NCBI RefSeq assembly: GCF_001194135.2
Contig: NC_068994.1
Span: 49,831,827-49,865,550 of the forward strand
Source: Octopus bimaculoides
Taxonomy: Eukaryota
Length of the DNA stretch: 33,724 nucleotides
Reading direction: 5' to 3'
In this document: piece by piece, positions 1-10,388 of the stretch
Layout of the letters: each line of letters starts with the position of its first letter
How positions within the stretch are numbered: the first letter of the stretch is position 1
The notes under the pieces: model-generated
Told to the model about the DNA's origin: nothing
The model's input: only the letters and a program-made list of their open reading frames with translations
Databases searched by the model: none
Translations under genes and position numbers: made by a program

Positions 1-319
1 TATATATGAATGTATGAATGCGTTTAAAAATAATGAGCGAGCGTGCATCTATGAATGTGTGTGTGTGTGTATTTTGTATAAAAAAAGGTGTTTGTCTCTG
101 GATATTAACTCATCCGACACAGGCGCCACCAAAAATAATCAGACTCCACTCATACAATCCCTCATCACACCACTTTCTCTACACCCACCTCCGACGCTTC
201 ACACACTCACACTCACGCACACATACACACACACACACATATGTATATATGTATATACCACCAACGGTGAAGCGCCATAAAAACTACTCGCCACCCCCTT
301 CCCGAAACAGTCTCTCTCT

Positions 320-520
320 GTGTTGCTGGTTGACCTGCTAGAAATAGAAGCCAAATCTCTTTCAAATCACACCCTAAACGAATTAAAGAAAGAAGGATCC
401 GTTGTAGAAATGTGGTTCTAGATACACCATCAGAATGAAATATAAATGCGATGGTCCAGGTTGGATGGCTGGTCTTTGTTCATAGCCTACTGGATCAAGC
501 CAGATTTTCAAGGCTGAAGG
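320..520 (+). mobile_element. Dispersed repeat family D fragment (ctgctagaaatagcagccaaatc-type)
   Basis: The motif gacctgctagaaatagaagccaaatct has related copies at ~4195-4375 (-), ~9803-9830 (-), ~23722-23742 (-) and ~31530-31780 (+). Orientation is arbitrary. Confidence 0.5.
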
Positions 521-527
521 AACAATA

Positions 528-733
528 TTTATTTCTTTATTGGCCACGGGGGCAATAGGGGGATTAAGTCGATTACATCGACGTCAGTGCATAACTGGTA
601 CATAATTTATCGACCCTGAAAGGATGAAAAGCAAATTCGACCTCGGCGGAATTTGAACTCAGAATGTAAAGACAGGCAAAATACCGTTGAGCATTTCGCC
701 TGGTGTGCTAACGATTCTGCCAGCTCGCCAGCC
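528..733 (-). mobile_element. SINE family A copy (A1)
   Basis: The reverse complement aligns with the copies at 3696-3926 and 27733-27974 (ggcgagctggcagaa...gagttcaaattcc...tttcatcctttc...gtaccagtt...). Confidence 0.85.
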
Positions 734-771
734 TCTGAAAGAGCAAGATTACACAACGAAGAAGACTGAAT

Positions 772-924
772 ACAGTTCTATATTTAAGAGATGAGGAATT
801 ATGTACATTATTTACATTATTTACATTTGACGGATATTTGTCCTCATCTTGTTTGTTGTTAACACAACGTTTTAGCTGATATACCTTCCAGCCTTCATCA
901 GGTGTCTTGGGGAAATTTCGAACC
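772..924 (-). mobile_element. Penelope-like terminal segment carrying a degenerate hammerhead-like motif
   Basis: The minus strand 906-861 reads GACAC-CTGATGA-A-GGCTG-loop-CAGCT-AAAA-CGTT-GTGTT. Its right end is an inverted repeat of 1060-1087. The left boundary is approximate. Confidence 0.55.
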
Positions 925-927
925 ACA

Positions 928-1087
928 GGCATATGGCGTCGTGGTTAAGAGCACAGGCTACTAACCCCAAGATTCCGAGTTCAATTCCAGGCAATGACCT
1001 GAATAATAATAATAATTATAATGATAACATCGAAAAATACCTTAGGAATGTAAACCGAAGTTCAAAATTTTCCCAAGACACCTGATG
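928..1087 (+). mobile_element. tRNA-derived SINE head, (AAT)n spacer, then a tail truncated at CCTGATG
   Basis: A-box-like TGGCGTCGTGG (934-944) and B-box GTTCAATTC (979-987), followed by an AAT run and a segment complementary to 896-923. Confidence 0.7.
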
Positions 1088-1169
1088 CTCTGATTTATAC
1101 AAATATGCGTGGAATATGTAGTTGGAGAAGTACTGCATGTGCAGATTGAAGATAATGTTATATTAGCTT

Positions 1170-1400
1170 ATATAACGGCTCTTGTCTATTGTTGGTAGAA
1201 GGATTTTATTTGTCAATAAAAATAGCCTCCTTAATCCTGAAGTTTCCTATATTCCAGTCTATTGTTGTTTTGATGGTGTCTTGTAATAAATCCTTGTCAT
1301 GACGTTTCTCAGGATGTTTTTTTTTTATGGGAAGAACATTTGTAGGCTTAACCTTCTTTAACTCTTGTATAATAAATGTGCTAGATCCTCCATCTGGAGC
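1170..1400 (-). pseudogene. Decayed Penelope-like element ORF, GIY-YIG endonuclease C-terminus
   Basis: My translation of the minus strand gives ...HPEKRHDKDLLQDTIKTTIDWNIGNFRIKEAIFIDK*NPSTNNRQE. This resembles the PLE endonuclease end pattern IDW...R.IKEAI.I.K.NPSLN. It has one in-frame stop and lies next to a PLE-like terminal motif in the same orientation. Confidence 0.6.
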
Positions 1401-1822
1401 ACTGCTTGCAAATTACACTTCAAAGGAGTTAGTCACAGACTATGGTTGTTGTGCTTATTTTTCTTGGCGGAGGTGGTGGGGGCCATCTGGCATTTTGTAT
1501 ATTGTCTCATGTACAACCATTTGTCAAGGATTTATTTTTCATATTTCTCTATACATTGCATTCAAAGAAAATACGAAGATAGGAATGATGATGATGTTTA
1601 GCTCCAAGTTTACTCTAATTGAGCAGGTTCACAATCACAGTACTTGCACCTCCTGCACTTTCCTCAGGTTGGGCACACCTTTTCCTGTCTTCATTCCTGA
1701 TCTTTCTCTCTCTGGTTGGGTAACTTTTTACTTCCTCTACATCAAGACACCTGTCTCACTATAACCTTTTCATCATTACTTTCTCCAATGCCTCTTCCCC
1801 TCTTAAAAACTTTGTCTTGCAA

Positions 1823-2084
1823 GCACTTGGTGACCCTGTCAGTGCAGGTACCACTTAAAAGCACCCAGTCCACACTGTAAAGTGGTTGGTGTTTGGAAGG
1901 GCATCCAGCTGTAAAAATCCTGCCAAAACAGTNNNNNNNNNNGAAGGGCATCCAGCTGTAAAAATCCTGCCAAAACAGTCACAGAAGTCTGGTGCTGGCT
2001 TCAGCCTGGCCAGCCTTTGTGGTACCGTCTCACCCATGCCAGTATGGAACATGGACAGTAAATAACGATGATGATGATGATGAT
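1823..2084 (+). mobile_element. Family C repeat (gtggttgg..ggaagggcatccagctgta...acccatgccagcatgga...(GAT)n tail)
   Basis: Shares core and (GAT)n tail with the copies at 12860, 16821, 17421 and 29324. It is interrupted by a 10-N gap with duplicated flanks. Confidence 0.75.
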
Positions 2085-2719
2085 ATATAAGTTGGGCGTC
2101 TATGACTACACTGATGAATATTTTGTTTCATTCGACCCATGCCAACACGGAAGGAGACATCAAAGGATGATGATAACAATGTGTACACACACACACACAC
2201 ACACATATATATACACATATATATTAACTGTGGTGGTTTATTGTTTTAGAAAGGGCATTTGTGAGGCACAGTGCATTCATGCATTGCACACATGCTATGC
2301 TGTTCAAGGTGAACAATCAGAGTGCACATTGACAATTGATGCCACGGTCGGTGTCATTGTGACCCTGCGCGTATAATTATAATGACGGGTGCACCTAAAA
2401 GTCTTGTGATTTTGTTTTAATTGTCAATAGTCGTCGTTGTTGTTATTGTTCCAGTTTGCGGTGTGATGTGTTATGTCGCAGTGGATAAGGATGGTGTAGA
2501 GGAAAGAAATTACAATATAAACAAACAAACAAAGAAAAAATTAAATTAAATAAAGAGGAAACCAAATGAAATTTTTAAAATAGATGCTAGAAGTTTGTTA
2601 AAACAATGCAAACTAATGTATAAATATATATAAAAAAAAGCTATGCAATGTTTTCTTTTTTGTCATGGTTTATTTGTTTATTTTCAAAAGTCTGTCTATT
2701 TATCTGATTGTTTTATCTT

Positions 2720-2825
2720 TACATATGCATGTGTGTGTCTGTGTATATATATATATATATGTACAATGTGTGTGTGTTTGTGTATACGTGCACAGAACAT
2801 CAGAACATGTGAGCTTTATATATAT

Positions 2826-2859
<34 letters not shown>

Positions 2860-2930
2860 TATATAAACAATATAGTATATGCACATATATGTACATGTAT
2901 GTACATACCTTCATCTACATGTACATATAG
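2720..2930. repeat. Compound (TA)n/(TG)n microsatellite tract
   Basis: Directly visible dinucleotide runs. Confidence 0.9.
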
Positions 2931-2989
2931 ATACATATCTGGGTACAGGACATTGCAAAAAAACATGGACAAAATGATAAACAAGGTAC

Positions 2990-3106
2990 AAAAACCAAAC
3001 AGGCCACATAGAGAATATATCCTTCATCAGCTGCGACCATTAAAACACTGGCGTTTCGAAAAGTTAGGGCAGGACGCATCGTTAAAATGGCTCTTCCCAC
3101 GAACAC

Positions 3107-3149
<43 letters not shown>

Positions 3150-3290
3150 TAGTGATAGCATGACAACAAAAGAATGACAGAGACCTCGATATTATGTAAA
3201 TAGAGGAATTTATCTGTAATATAATATGTGACAGTTATTCGGTTGCCATAATAAAACTCCGAGTTTCGGATGTCGGGCCGGAAATCTGCT
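2990..3290 (-). mobile_element. Possible Penelope-like terminal repeat fragments, split by a (TA)n run
   Basis: The minus strand carries CGAAACG...CAGCTGATGAAGGGATATATTCTC (decayed hammerhead-like core near 3010-3030). A GTTTCGGA motif lies near 3265. Confidence 0.4.
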
Positions 3291-3329
3291 AGGTTGCAAA
3301 AAACCTACCCATGCCAAACCATGTAAAAA

Positions 3330-3447
3330 ATGCCCTTGCCAGTACCACGTAAAAATCACCCAGGACACTCTGTAAAGTGGTTGGCATTAGGAAGGGCATC
3401 CAGCCATAGAAACCAAGCTGAATCAGACTGGAGCCTGGTGCAGCTCT
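3330..3447 (+). mobile_element. Family C fragment
   Basis: acactctgtaaagtggttggcattaggaagggcatccagcc...tcagactggagcctggtgcagc. Confidence 0.75.
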
Positions 3448-3695
3448 AAATTCACTTTATATCTACAGAAGATTTATCTCTATAGGTATGATAAAAAAAC
3501 CCTGCCTTTGAGTAAAAGAAAATACAGGAGGATCTGTTAATTATGATTTTATTCAATATATTCCCCTTCAGTTTTCTCTAAGCCCCGTAAAAGATGGTAA
3601 ACTTGGTAGGTTAGGCCTCTGACCAGGCCTTGCGCGATACCCTTAAAACCAGGAACTTTACAGCACCCCTTTGCATAAAAGAAAATGCATTGATA

Positions 3696-3926
3696 GGAGG
3701 TGAGCTGGCAGAAACGTTAGCAGGCCGGGCGAAATGCTTAGCGGTATTTCGTCTGCCGCTATGTTCTGAGTTCAAATTCTGTCGAGGTCGACTTTGCCTT
3801 TCATCCTTTCAGGGGTTGATTAAATAAGTACCAGTTGCGCATTGGGGTCGATACAATCGACTTAATCTGTTTGTCTGTCCTTGTTTGTCCCTTCTGTTTG
3901 TAACCCCTTGTGGGCAGTAAAGAAAT
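3696..3926 (+). mobile_element. Full-length SINE family A copy (A2) with a 17-bp target-site duplication
   Basis: AAGAAAATGCATTGATA occurs at both 3679-3695 and 3927-3943. The body has a B-box-like GAGTTCAAATTC and a central ctttgcctttcatcctttc...aagtaccag motif. Confidence 0.92.
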
Positions 3927-4041
3927 AAGAAAATGCATTGATACCGTATTTCTGTTATTTCGTCTTACTTATGTTTTAAAAAATACTAATAGTCTTCATT
4001 TTTTTTTCTCCCTTCCTTTTTCCCGTGCTCTGCATGGACAG

Positions 4042-4132
4042 AGGCTGAACATGGGTACGCTGCCCCAGCAACACATATTCCTGATGATATTACAAAACGG
4101 AGACCTAAATCGAAGAAATCGCAAGGAAATCG
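4042..4132 (+). CDS. Mxd: Internal coding exon of a Mad/Mxi1 (MXD) family bHLH-Zip transcriptional repressor
   Basis: Pyrimidine tract plus CAG acceptor ending at 4041 and a GTAAGT donor at 4133. The 91 nt (phase 1 to phase 2) translate as (E)AEHGYAAPATHIPDDITKRRPKSKKSQGN(R). This matches the MXD1/MXI1 motifs EAEHGYA and KRRxKSKK as I recall them, and it joins in frame to 26960-26989. Confidence 0.9.
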
Positions 4133-4194
4133 GTAAGTCATCTTTGATCCTTAATCTCAAATAATGTCTCAGTGCCTTGGGGTTATTGTTGTTG

Positions 4195-4375
4195 TTCTTC
4201 TTCTCTAACCCTGGATGAGATCTGAGTGTGCAGACTTATATATGACCAAATGTGTTGCAACTGTGAATGTTTTACCCTTATATATCCAAGACTATGTTGC
4301 CCTTTGTATCTATCCTTCCTTCCAGGATGTAAAATTTAAGAGGGTGACTTAGCTGCTACTTCTTGTGGAGCAAGC
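4195..4375 (-). mobile_element. Family D repeat, degraded
   Basis: gagggtgacttagctgctacttct is the reverse complement of the D motif agaa(a/g)tagcagc.aa.tc.ccctc. Confidence 0.45.
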
Positions 4376-4659
4376 TACTGCAAGCATAATATCAGTTAAT
4401 CAAAGCGTTTTGCATTTTCAGTAATCAGTGTTCCGTGTCACTACTTTTCGCCCTGTTCTTTTTTTTGAGATATGCTGATTGCTCTCACGTTGAAGCGATT
4501 GCAGTTAATATTCTTTTGCTGATGAGGACTAACAAGGCTGAAACATGTCTTGTTTCGACCATTTTATCTTATCTATTTGCATGGCTGGAAATTTTAATAA
4601 GCTTTACTCTGATTTTCTTGAATTTAGTCTTTGGCCAGCAATTCGAAGCTTGGAAGCAT

Positions 4660-5214
4660 AGTGTGTGTGTGTGTGTGTGTGTGTGTGTATTTGTTTGTAT
4701 GTATGTATGTTTGTATGCATGTGTATACGTGTGGATGTGTGTATACATGCATATGTATATACACACACACACGCACAAACGTACACACAAACACACACAC
4801 CCACACCTACACAAATAAGTGTGAGTGGTATATATGCACACGTGCGTGTGTGTGTGAGTATGCATATGTGCACGTGTGTATGGATATGTAAATGCAGAGA
4901 GGGAGGGAGGAAGGGAGTGTGACAGAGAGACAGATAAAGAGAAAGAAGTGTTTGTGTGTGTGTGTGTGTGTGTTTGTATATGTGTATGTGTATGAGAAGT
5001 AGTAAATTGGGTGCAAGGATGCAAGAATGCGTGACTGATATAATAGTGGTGGTGGTAGTGTTGTTGTTGTTGTTGTAGTTGTTGTTGATGGTGGTGGTGA
5101 TGGTGGTGGTGGTGGTGGTAGTAGTAGTACTGTGTATGTGGATTGTGATGAAAGCTATTTTTATACTTAGCTAGTTTGTTACTACTGAACAGAGTGGGGT
5201 GGATCACTGCTTAT

Positions 5215-5252
<38 letters not shown>

Positions 5253-5330
5253 CCCTCCTTGATCCCCCCTCCGCGTCTCTATCTCTCTCCCTCTATCTTT
5301 CTCTCTCTCTCTGTCTCTCTCTCTCTCTCT
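4660..5330. repeat. Compound microsatellite block: (GT)n, (CA)n, (GGT/GTT)n, (CT)n
   Basis: Directly visible; it explains the overlapping low-complexity ORFs here. Confidence 0.9.
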
Positions 5331-6672
5331 CATCTGTCTCTGGTGAGAACTGGGTTAATTAGGATCTGAGTGAGCGGGCTTGTGTTGGTAGTGGCGCGGT
5401 GGCGGGTGGGGCTGTCATTGGAAAGGTNNNNNNNNNNNNNNNNNNNNNNNNNNNNNNNNNNNNNNNNNNNNNNNNNNNNNNNNNNNNNNNNNNNNNNNNN
5501 NNNNNNNNNNNNNNNNNNNNNNNNNNNNNNNNNNNNNNNNNNNNNNNNNNNNNNNNNNNNNNNNNNNNNNNNNNNNNNNNNNNNNNNNNNNNNNNNNNNN
5601 NNNNNNNNNNNNNNNNNNNNNNNNNNNNNNNNNNNNNNNNNNNNNNNNNNNNNNNNNNNNNNNNNNNNNNNNNNNNNNNNNNNNNNNNNNNNNNNNNNNN
5701 NNNNNNNNNNNNNNNNNNNNNNNNNNNNNNNNNNNNNNNNNNNNNNNNNNNNNNNNNNNNNNNNNNNNNNNNNNNNNNNNNNNNNNNNNNNNNNNNNNNN
5801 NNNNNNNNNNNNNNNNNNNNNNNNNNNNNNNNNNNNNNNNNNNNNNNNNNNNNNNNNNNNNNNNNNNNNNNNNNNNNNNNNNNNNNNNNNNNNNNNNNNN
5901 NNNNNNNNNNNNNNNNNNNNNNNNNNNNNNNNNNNNNNNNNNNNNNNNNNNNNNNNNNNNNNNNNNNNNNNNNNNNNNNNNNNNNNNNNNNNNNNNNNNN
6001 NNNNNNNNNNNNNNNNNNNNGTTTTGGTGGTGGTGGGTGGCGGTGTTTGTTGGTAGTTATTCTTTGGTGATAGTGGTAGCTTTAGTGGTGCTGGTGTGGA
6101 GCAGTGGTTTTCAGCAGTTGAGCTGTGTGTGTGTGTGTGTGTGTGTGTCTTTGTGTGTGTTGGTGTGTGGTTTATGTCATCGTATGCAATTACATATGTG
6201 TGCAACAGAAGCAAACTGCACAGCTGCAGTGTGCATGTACGTTGACAAAAATGTCAAGCTCTTAGTGTTTAGTGGAACATGTTTAGCGTATTATATTCAA
6301 TATCCCTCATATTCTTTCTGTCCCTCCTTCTTTCTCTCTCTTCCTCTCTATTTCTCCTTTCTCTCCCTCTTACATGCCCCCCCCCCCGCTTTCTCTTCCA
6401 TGCTCTCTCCTCCTCTCTTCTCTCTCTCTCTCACCCATCTGTCTAACTCAGTGTTATGCACACACACACACGCCTTCTTTGTCTTGTGCTCTCTCTCTCT
6501 CTCCCTTTCTCTTCTCTTTCACAGCCTCTTTCTCCCTCTCACCTCTCTACCTCTGTTGCACACCCACACCCACACACACACACACATACTCCCTTTCTCT
6601 CTCCTCCCTTCTTACACACACCCTCTTTGTCTCATACTCTCTCTCTCTCTCCCACCTTTCTCTCTACCTCTA

Positions 6673-6714
<42 letters not shown>

Positions 6715-6743
6715 TCTCCCTCCTTCCCCCCATTTCATCTTAC

Positions 6744-6877
6744 TGTCTGTGTTTGTCCCCCGAACATCGCTTGACAACCGATGCTAGTGTGTTTACGTCC
6801 CCGTAACTTAGCGGTACGACAAAAGAGACCAATAAAATAAGTACTAGGCTTACAAAGAATAAGTCCTGGGGTCGATT
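6744..6877 (+). mobile_element. SINE family E body fragment, running into a gap
   Basis: tcgcttgacaaccgatg...cgtaacttagc...acaaagaataagtcctgg closely matches 12632-12735. Confidence 0.8.
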
Positions 6878-7189
6878 NNNNNNNNNNNNNNNNNNNNNNN
6901 NNNNNNNNNNNNNNNNNNNNNNNNNNNNNNNNNNNNNNNNNNNNNNNNNNNNNNNNNNNNNNNNNNNNNNNNNNNNNNNNNNNNNNNNNNNNNNNNNNNN
7001 NNNNNNNNNNNNNNNNNNNNNNNNNNNNNNNNNNNNNNNNNNNNNNNNNNNNNNNNNNNNNNNNNNNNNNNNNNNNNNNNNNNNNNNNNNNNNNNNNNNN
7101 NNNNNNNNNNNNNNNNNNNNNNNNNNNNNNNNNNNNNNNNNNNNNNNNNNNNNNNNNNNNNNNNNNNNNNNNTATATATATAATAACGA

Positions 7190-7725
7190 ACAGCTGAGAC
7201 ATTTGGCGACATGCCATGCTTGTGAAGACCCTCCAGGCCAAGTGAAATCATAGTTGTGGTTGTTGTTGGTGTCATGTAACTTGCGCCCATGCTGGTGGCA
7301 CATAAAAAGCACCTTTCGAGTGTTGGGCCTCACGGAGGCAATGTGGCCGATGCTGGTGGCATGGAGCTAGCACTTGTGCCAGTGGCATTTAGAAAGCACC
7401 TTTCGAGTGCTGGGCCTCACAGAGGCAACGACAAATGACCGAGACCTTTGACAATATGCGGTGCTTGAGAAGGAAGATCCACCAAACCAATCGTAGTCGT
7501 GGCAGATACTGGTGTCATGCAAATGGCACTCGTGCTGGTGGCACGTAAAAGGACCCATTATACACTCTTGGAGTGGTTGGTGTTAGGAAGGGCATCCAGC
7601 TGTAGAAACCATGCTGAATCAGACTGGAATCTGGTGCAGCCTTTCAGCTTGCCAGCCCTGGTCAAACCATTCGACCCATGCCAGCAATGGACAATGGACA
7701 TTAAGTGTTGATGATGATGGTGATG
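7190..7725 (+). mobile_element. Long family C element with internally repeated subunits and a (GAT)n-like tail
   Basis: The subunit aaagcacctttcgagtg(t/c)tgggcctcac(g/a)gaggcaa occurs twice (~7307-7341 and ~7394-7428). It is followed by the C core and an acccatgccagc...gatgatgatg tail. Confidence 0.75.
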
Positions 7726-7993
7726 GTGATGTGTGTGTGTGTTGGTGCCTGTGTTTGTCAAACTCATCTCACCACTTGATGACCCATGTCAGTTTGTTTA
7801 TGTCCCTATAACACACATACACACACACATTTGCAATGTGGTATAATGTGTGTGTGTACGTGTTTGCGTGAAGTGACTGAGTGACAGGAAATAAAAACTG
7901 ATTTGCTGAATTAAGCAACTCTGCCATATCTCCACTAAACACACACGTATATAGGTGAACGTCCTTCAACTACATACATACATACCTACATAC

Positions 7994-8066
<73 letters not shown>

Positions 8067-8344
8067 GTTTGGAAGTAGTTCTGTCTTATTTAGTTATCTG
8101 GTTCCACTGACATGGTTTCTGACTAGCTGGCTGGTTGGTCGGTTGGCTGGCTGGTCNNNNNNNNNNNNNNNNNNNNNNNNNNNNNNNNNNNNNNNNNNNN
8201 NNNNNNNNNNNNNNNNNNNNNNNNNNNNNNNNNNNNNNNNNNNNNNNNNNNNNNNNNNNNNNNNNNNNNNNNNNNNNNNNNNNNNNNNNNNNNNNNNNNN
8301 NNNNNNNNNNNNNNNNNNNNNNNNATTAGCCATTACTATGATTG

Positions 8345-8531
8345 ACCGTTCACTGAACACTATTCAAATTTTTTTCTCCGTGTTTTTCTCCTTGTCTCCG
8401 TATTCTTTCTGTTGAAGAGCGTAGCTCGAAACGTCAAAGACTTTCCGTATTCCCGAGCGTCATACTAATACATCCTTTTGTTATTTACACCACCTGTCCT
8501 CGTCTGTTGTTGTTTTTTCGTACATTCTCCC
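8345..8531 (+). mobile_element. Penelope-like terminal-type repeat containing a minimal hammerhead-like motif
   Basis: TCTTT-CTGTTGA-A-GAGC-GTA-GCTC-GAAA-CGT-C-AAAGA at 8404-8440. Element boundaries are approximate. Confidence 0.5.
8404..8440 (+). ncRNA. Minimal type I hammerhead-ribozyme-like motif, variant core, activity unproven
   Basis: Stem I is 8404-8408 with 8436-8440 (5 Watson-Crick pairs). Stem II is GAGC/GCTC. GAAA is at 8428-8431, stem III is the palindrome ACGT, and the cleavage triplet is GUC (8433-8435). The core reads CUGUUGA instead of CUGAUGA. Confidence 0.45.
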
Positions 8532-8782
8532 ATATATATATATATATATTATATGTTGTTCCGTAAATCAGCTGATTGTCCTCACCTGAAAACAATCGGT
8601 GGTGAAAGAAGCAACAACAAAGAGAGAAAGAGAGAGGAGTGTGGTGGTGGTGGTGGCGGCGGCGCTGCTGCTGCTGCTGCTGCTGCTGCCATCTTTAGTG
8701 CTAATTAGTATTATGGTTGTTATTGATGTTAGCAGAATTTGTAGTGTACCCATTGCATGTGTGTGTGTGTGTGTGTGTGCAT

Positions 8783-8965
8783 ATCATCATCATCATCATC
8801 AGCGTCATCATCCTTCTAACATCTACTTTTCCTTGCCTGCATGGCTCGGAGGGGAATTTGTTGAGGTGGATTTTTCTTTTTCTTTTTTTTTTTTTTCTTT
8901 GTGGCCAGATGCCCTTTCTGTCACTCACCCTCTCTCATTTCGAAGCAAGGTAATATTTCCCCATG
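8783..8965 (-). mobile_element. Degraded family C-like copy
   Basis: (CAT)n followed by ttcc..gcatgg and ggccagatgccctttctgtcactcaccc, the reverse complement of the C core; related to 19435-19570. Confidence 0.5.
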
Positions 8966-9323
8966 ACCACACATATATATATATAATAATCTCTGTGTAG
9001 AACAGAGTGGGGGTAACACAGTGTCTATCCGAGAGACTTGTTTTGTCTGGTTTTGGCCAACCTGACAAGAATGTACTTCCAGTTCTAGAGTACAATGAAG
9101 ATAAAACAATTTCAATGAAACACCAAGAGTAGACACTGGTTGACAGGTTTGGTATAAACCAGACGAAACTAGTCTGTTTGAGTTGTTCTCTTGTCTGCTC
9201 TGTAGAGAGAGATCCACATGTTTTTATAACAACATCTATTGACACAGCGGAGCAGAATGTTTGCTTATTAAATTACTAAGTATATTTTAAGTAAACTTAT
9301 CCGCAAGTTATCTGCATAGTAAC

Positions 9324-9324
<1 letters not shown>

Positions 9325-9395
<71 letters not shown>

Positions 9396-9563
9396 CACAC
9401 ACACACACACACGCACCCGTATAATATATACACTTACATCTTACATATGCATATACTCATATATACATATGTGTGTGTATATATATATGTATCTGCTCAT
9501 ATATTGCTTTCTCTCTCTTTCTCTCTCTTTCTCTCTGGAAGTATACACACACACACACAGATT

Positions 9564-9615
<52 letters not shown>

Positions 9616-9800
9616 CATATGTGTGTATGTGAGTGTGTGTGTATAATCCTGTTTCTTAAGTTTTTATCCTTTATATATCTCTGTCCTTGGACTGTGGCCA
9701 TACTGGTGCACTGCCTTGGAAAATTTATATATATATATGTGTGTGTGTGTGTATGTGCATGCATGCATGTGTGTGAGTGTGTGTATATATGATATGTTGT
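9325..9800. repeat. (TA)n/(CA)n/(GT)n compound microsatellite
   Basis: Directly visible. Confidence 0.9.
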
Positions 9801-10239
9801 GATTTGCTGCCATTTCTAGCAAGTCGAATGGCTGCCCTTCCCTCATTGACTGGTGTTTCACAATGATAATGTTGGTATTTGCTTTAAAGGTGTGTGTGTT
9901 AGTATCTGCAATGACCATGGTGTGATTTGATAAAAACTTGTTGCTGGTAGTGGTGGCAGTGGAGGTGTTTTTTTCTGAGCCCTAGGTCATGTCGGGTCAG
10001 GTCAAATCAAATCAGGTCGAGCAGTGACCTGGCCAGGCCAGGCCATGTTTCTTCTTTATTTCCTCAGTGGAGAGTTTATTTCAGATGTTTATTATCGTAG
10101 TGTGTGAGTGTGTGTGTCTGTGTGTGTGTGTGTATGAGTGTGTGTGTGTGTGTGTGATTTGGCAGACATTCAGCTGCTATTTCCAGCTGCCCTGAACAAC
10201 CATATAAGAGTTGCCCTGTTAGCTTATATGGGGGAGTTG

Positions 10240-10292
10240 GTGATGGTGATAGTGGTGACAGTGGTAGTGGTGGTGGTGGTGGTGGTGTTTGC

Positions 10293-10343
<51 letters not shown>

Positions 10344-10354
10344 TNNNNNNNNNN

Positions 10355-10388
<34 letters not shown>

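Noticed and set aside
1896-1979. Exact 37-bp direct repeat gaagggcatccagctgtaaaaatcctgccaaaacagt
   Set aside because: The copies flank a 10-N gap on both sides, the signature of an unmerged contig overlap.
1-4041. Search for the SID-coding first exon (LLEAAxYLE-type) upstream, and for the HLH-Zip exon after 26990
   Set aside because: No convincing match by eye, so neither is annotated; both are presumably outside the window.
4051-4132. Out-of-frame ATG in good Kozak context inside the Mxd exon (MGTLPQQH...GQLTTN*, 33 aa after splicing)
   Set aside because: The ATGG arises from the conserved His-Gly codons of the main frame, and the peptide has no recognisable features.
7289-7430. Repeat-spacer-like recurrence resembling a CRISPR array
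   Set aside because: Only two diverged units inside a eukaryotic retroposon, with no cas genes and no regular spacing.
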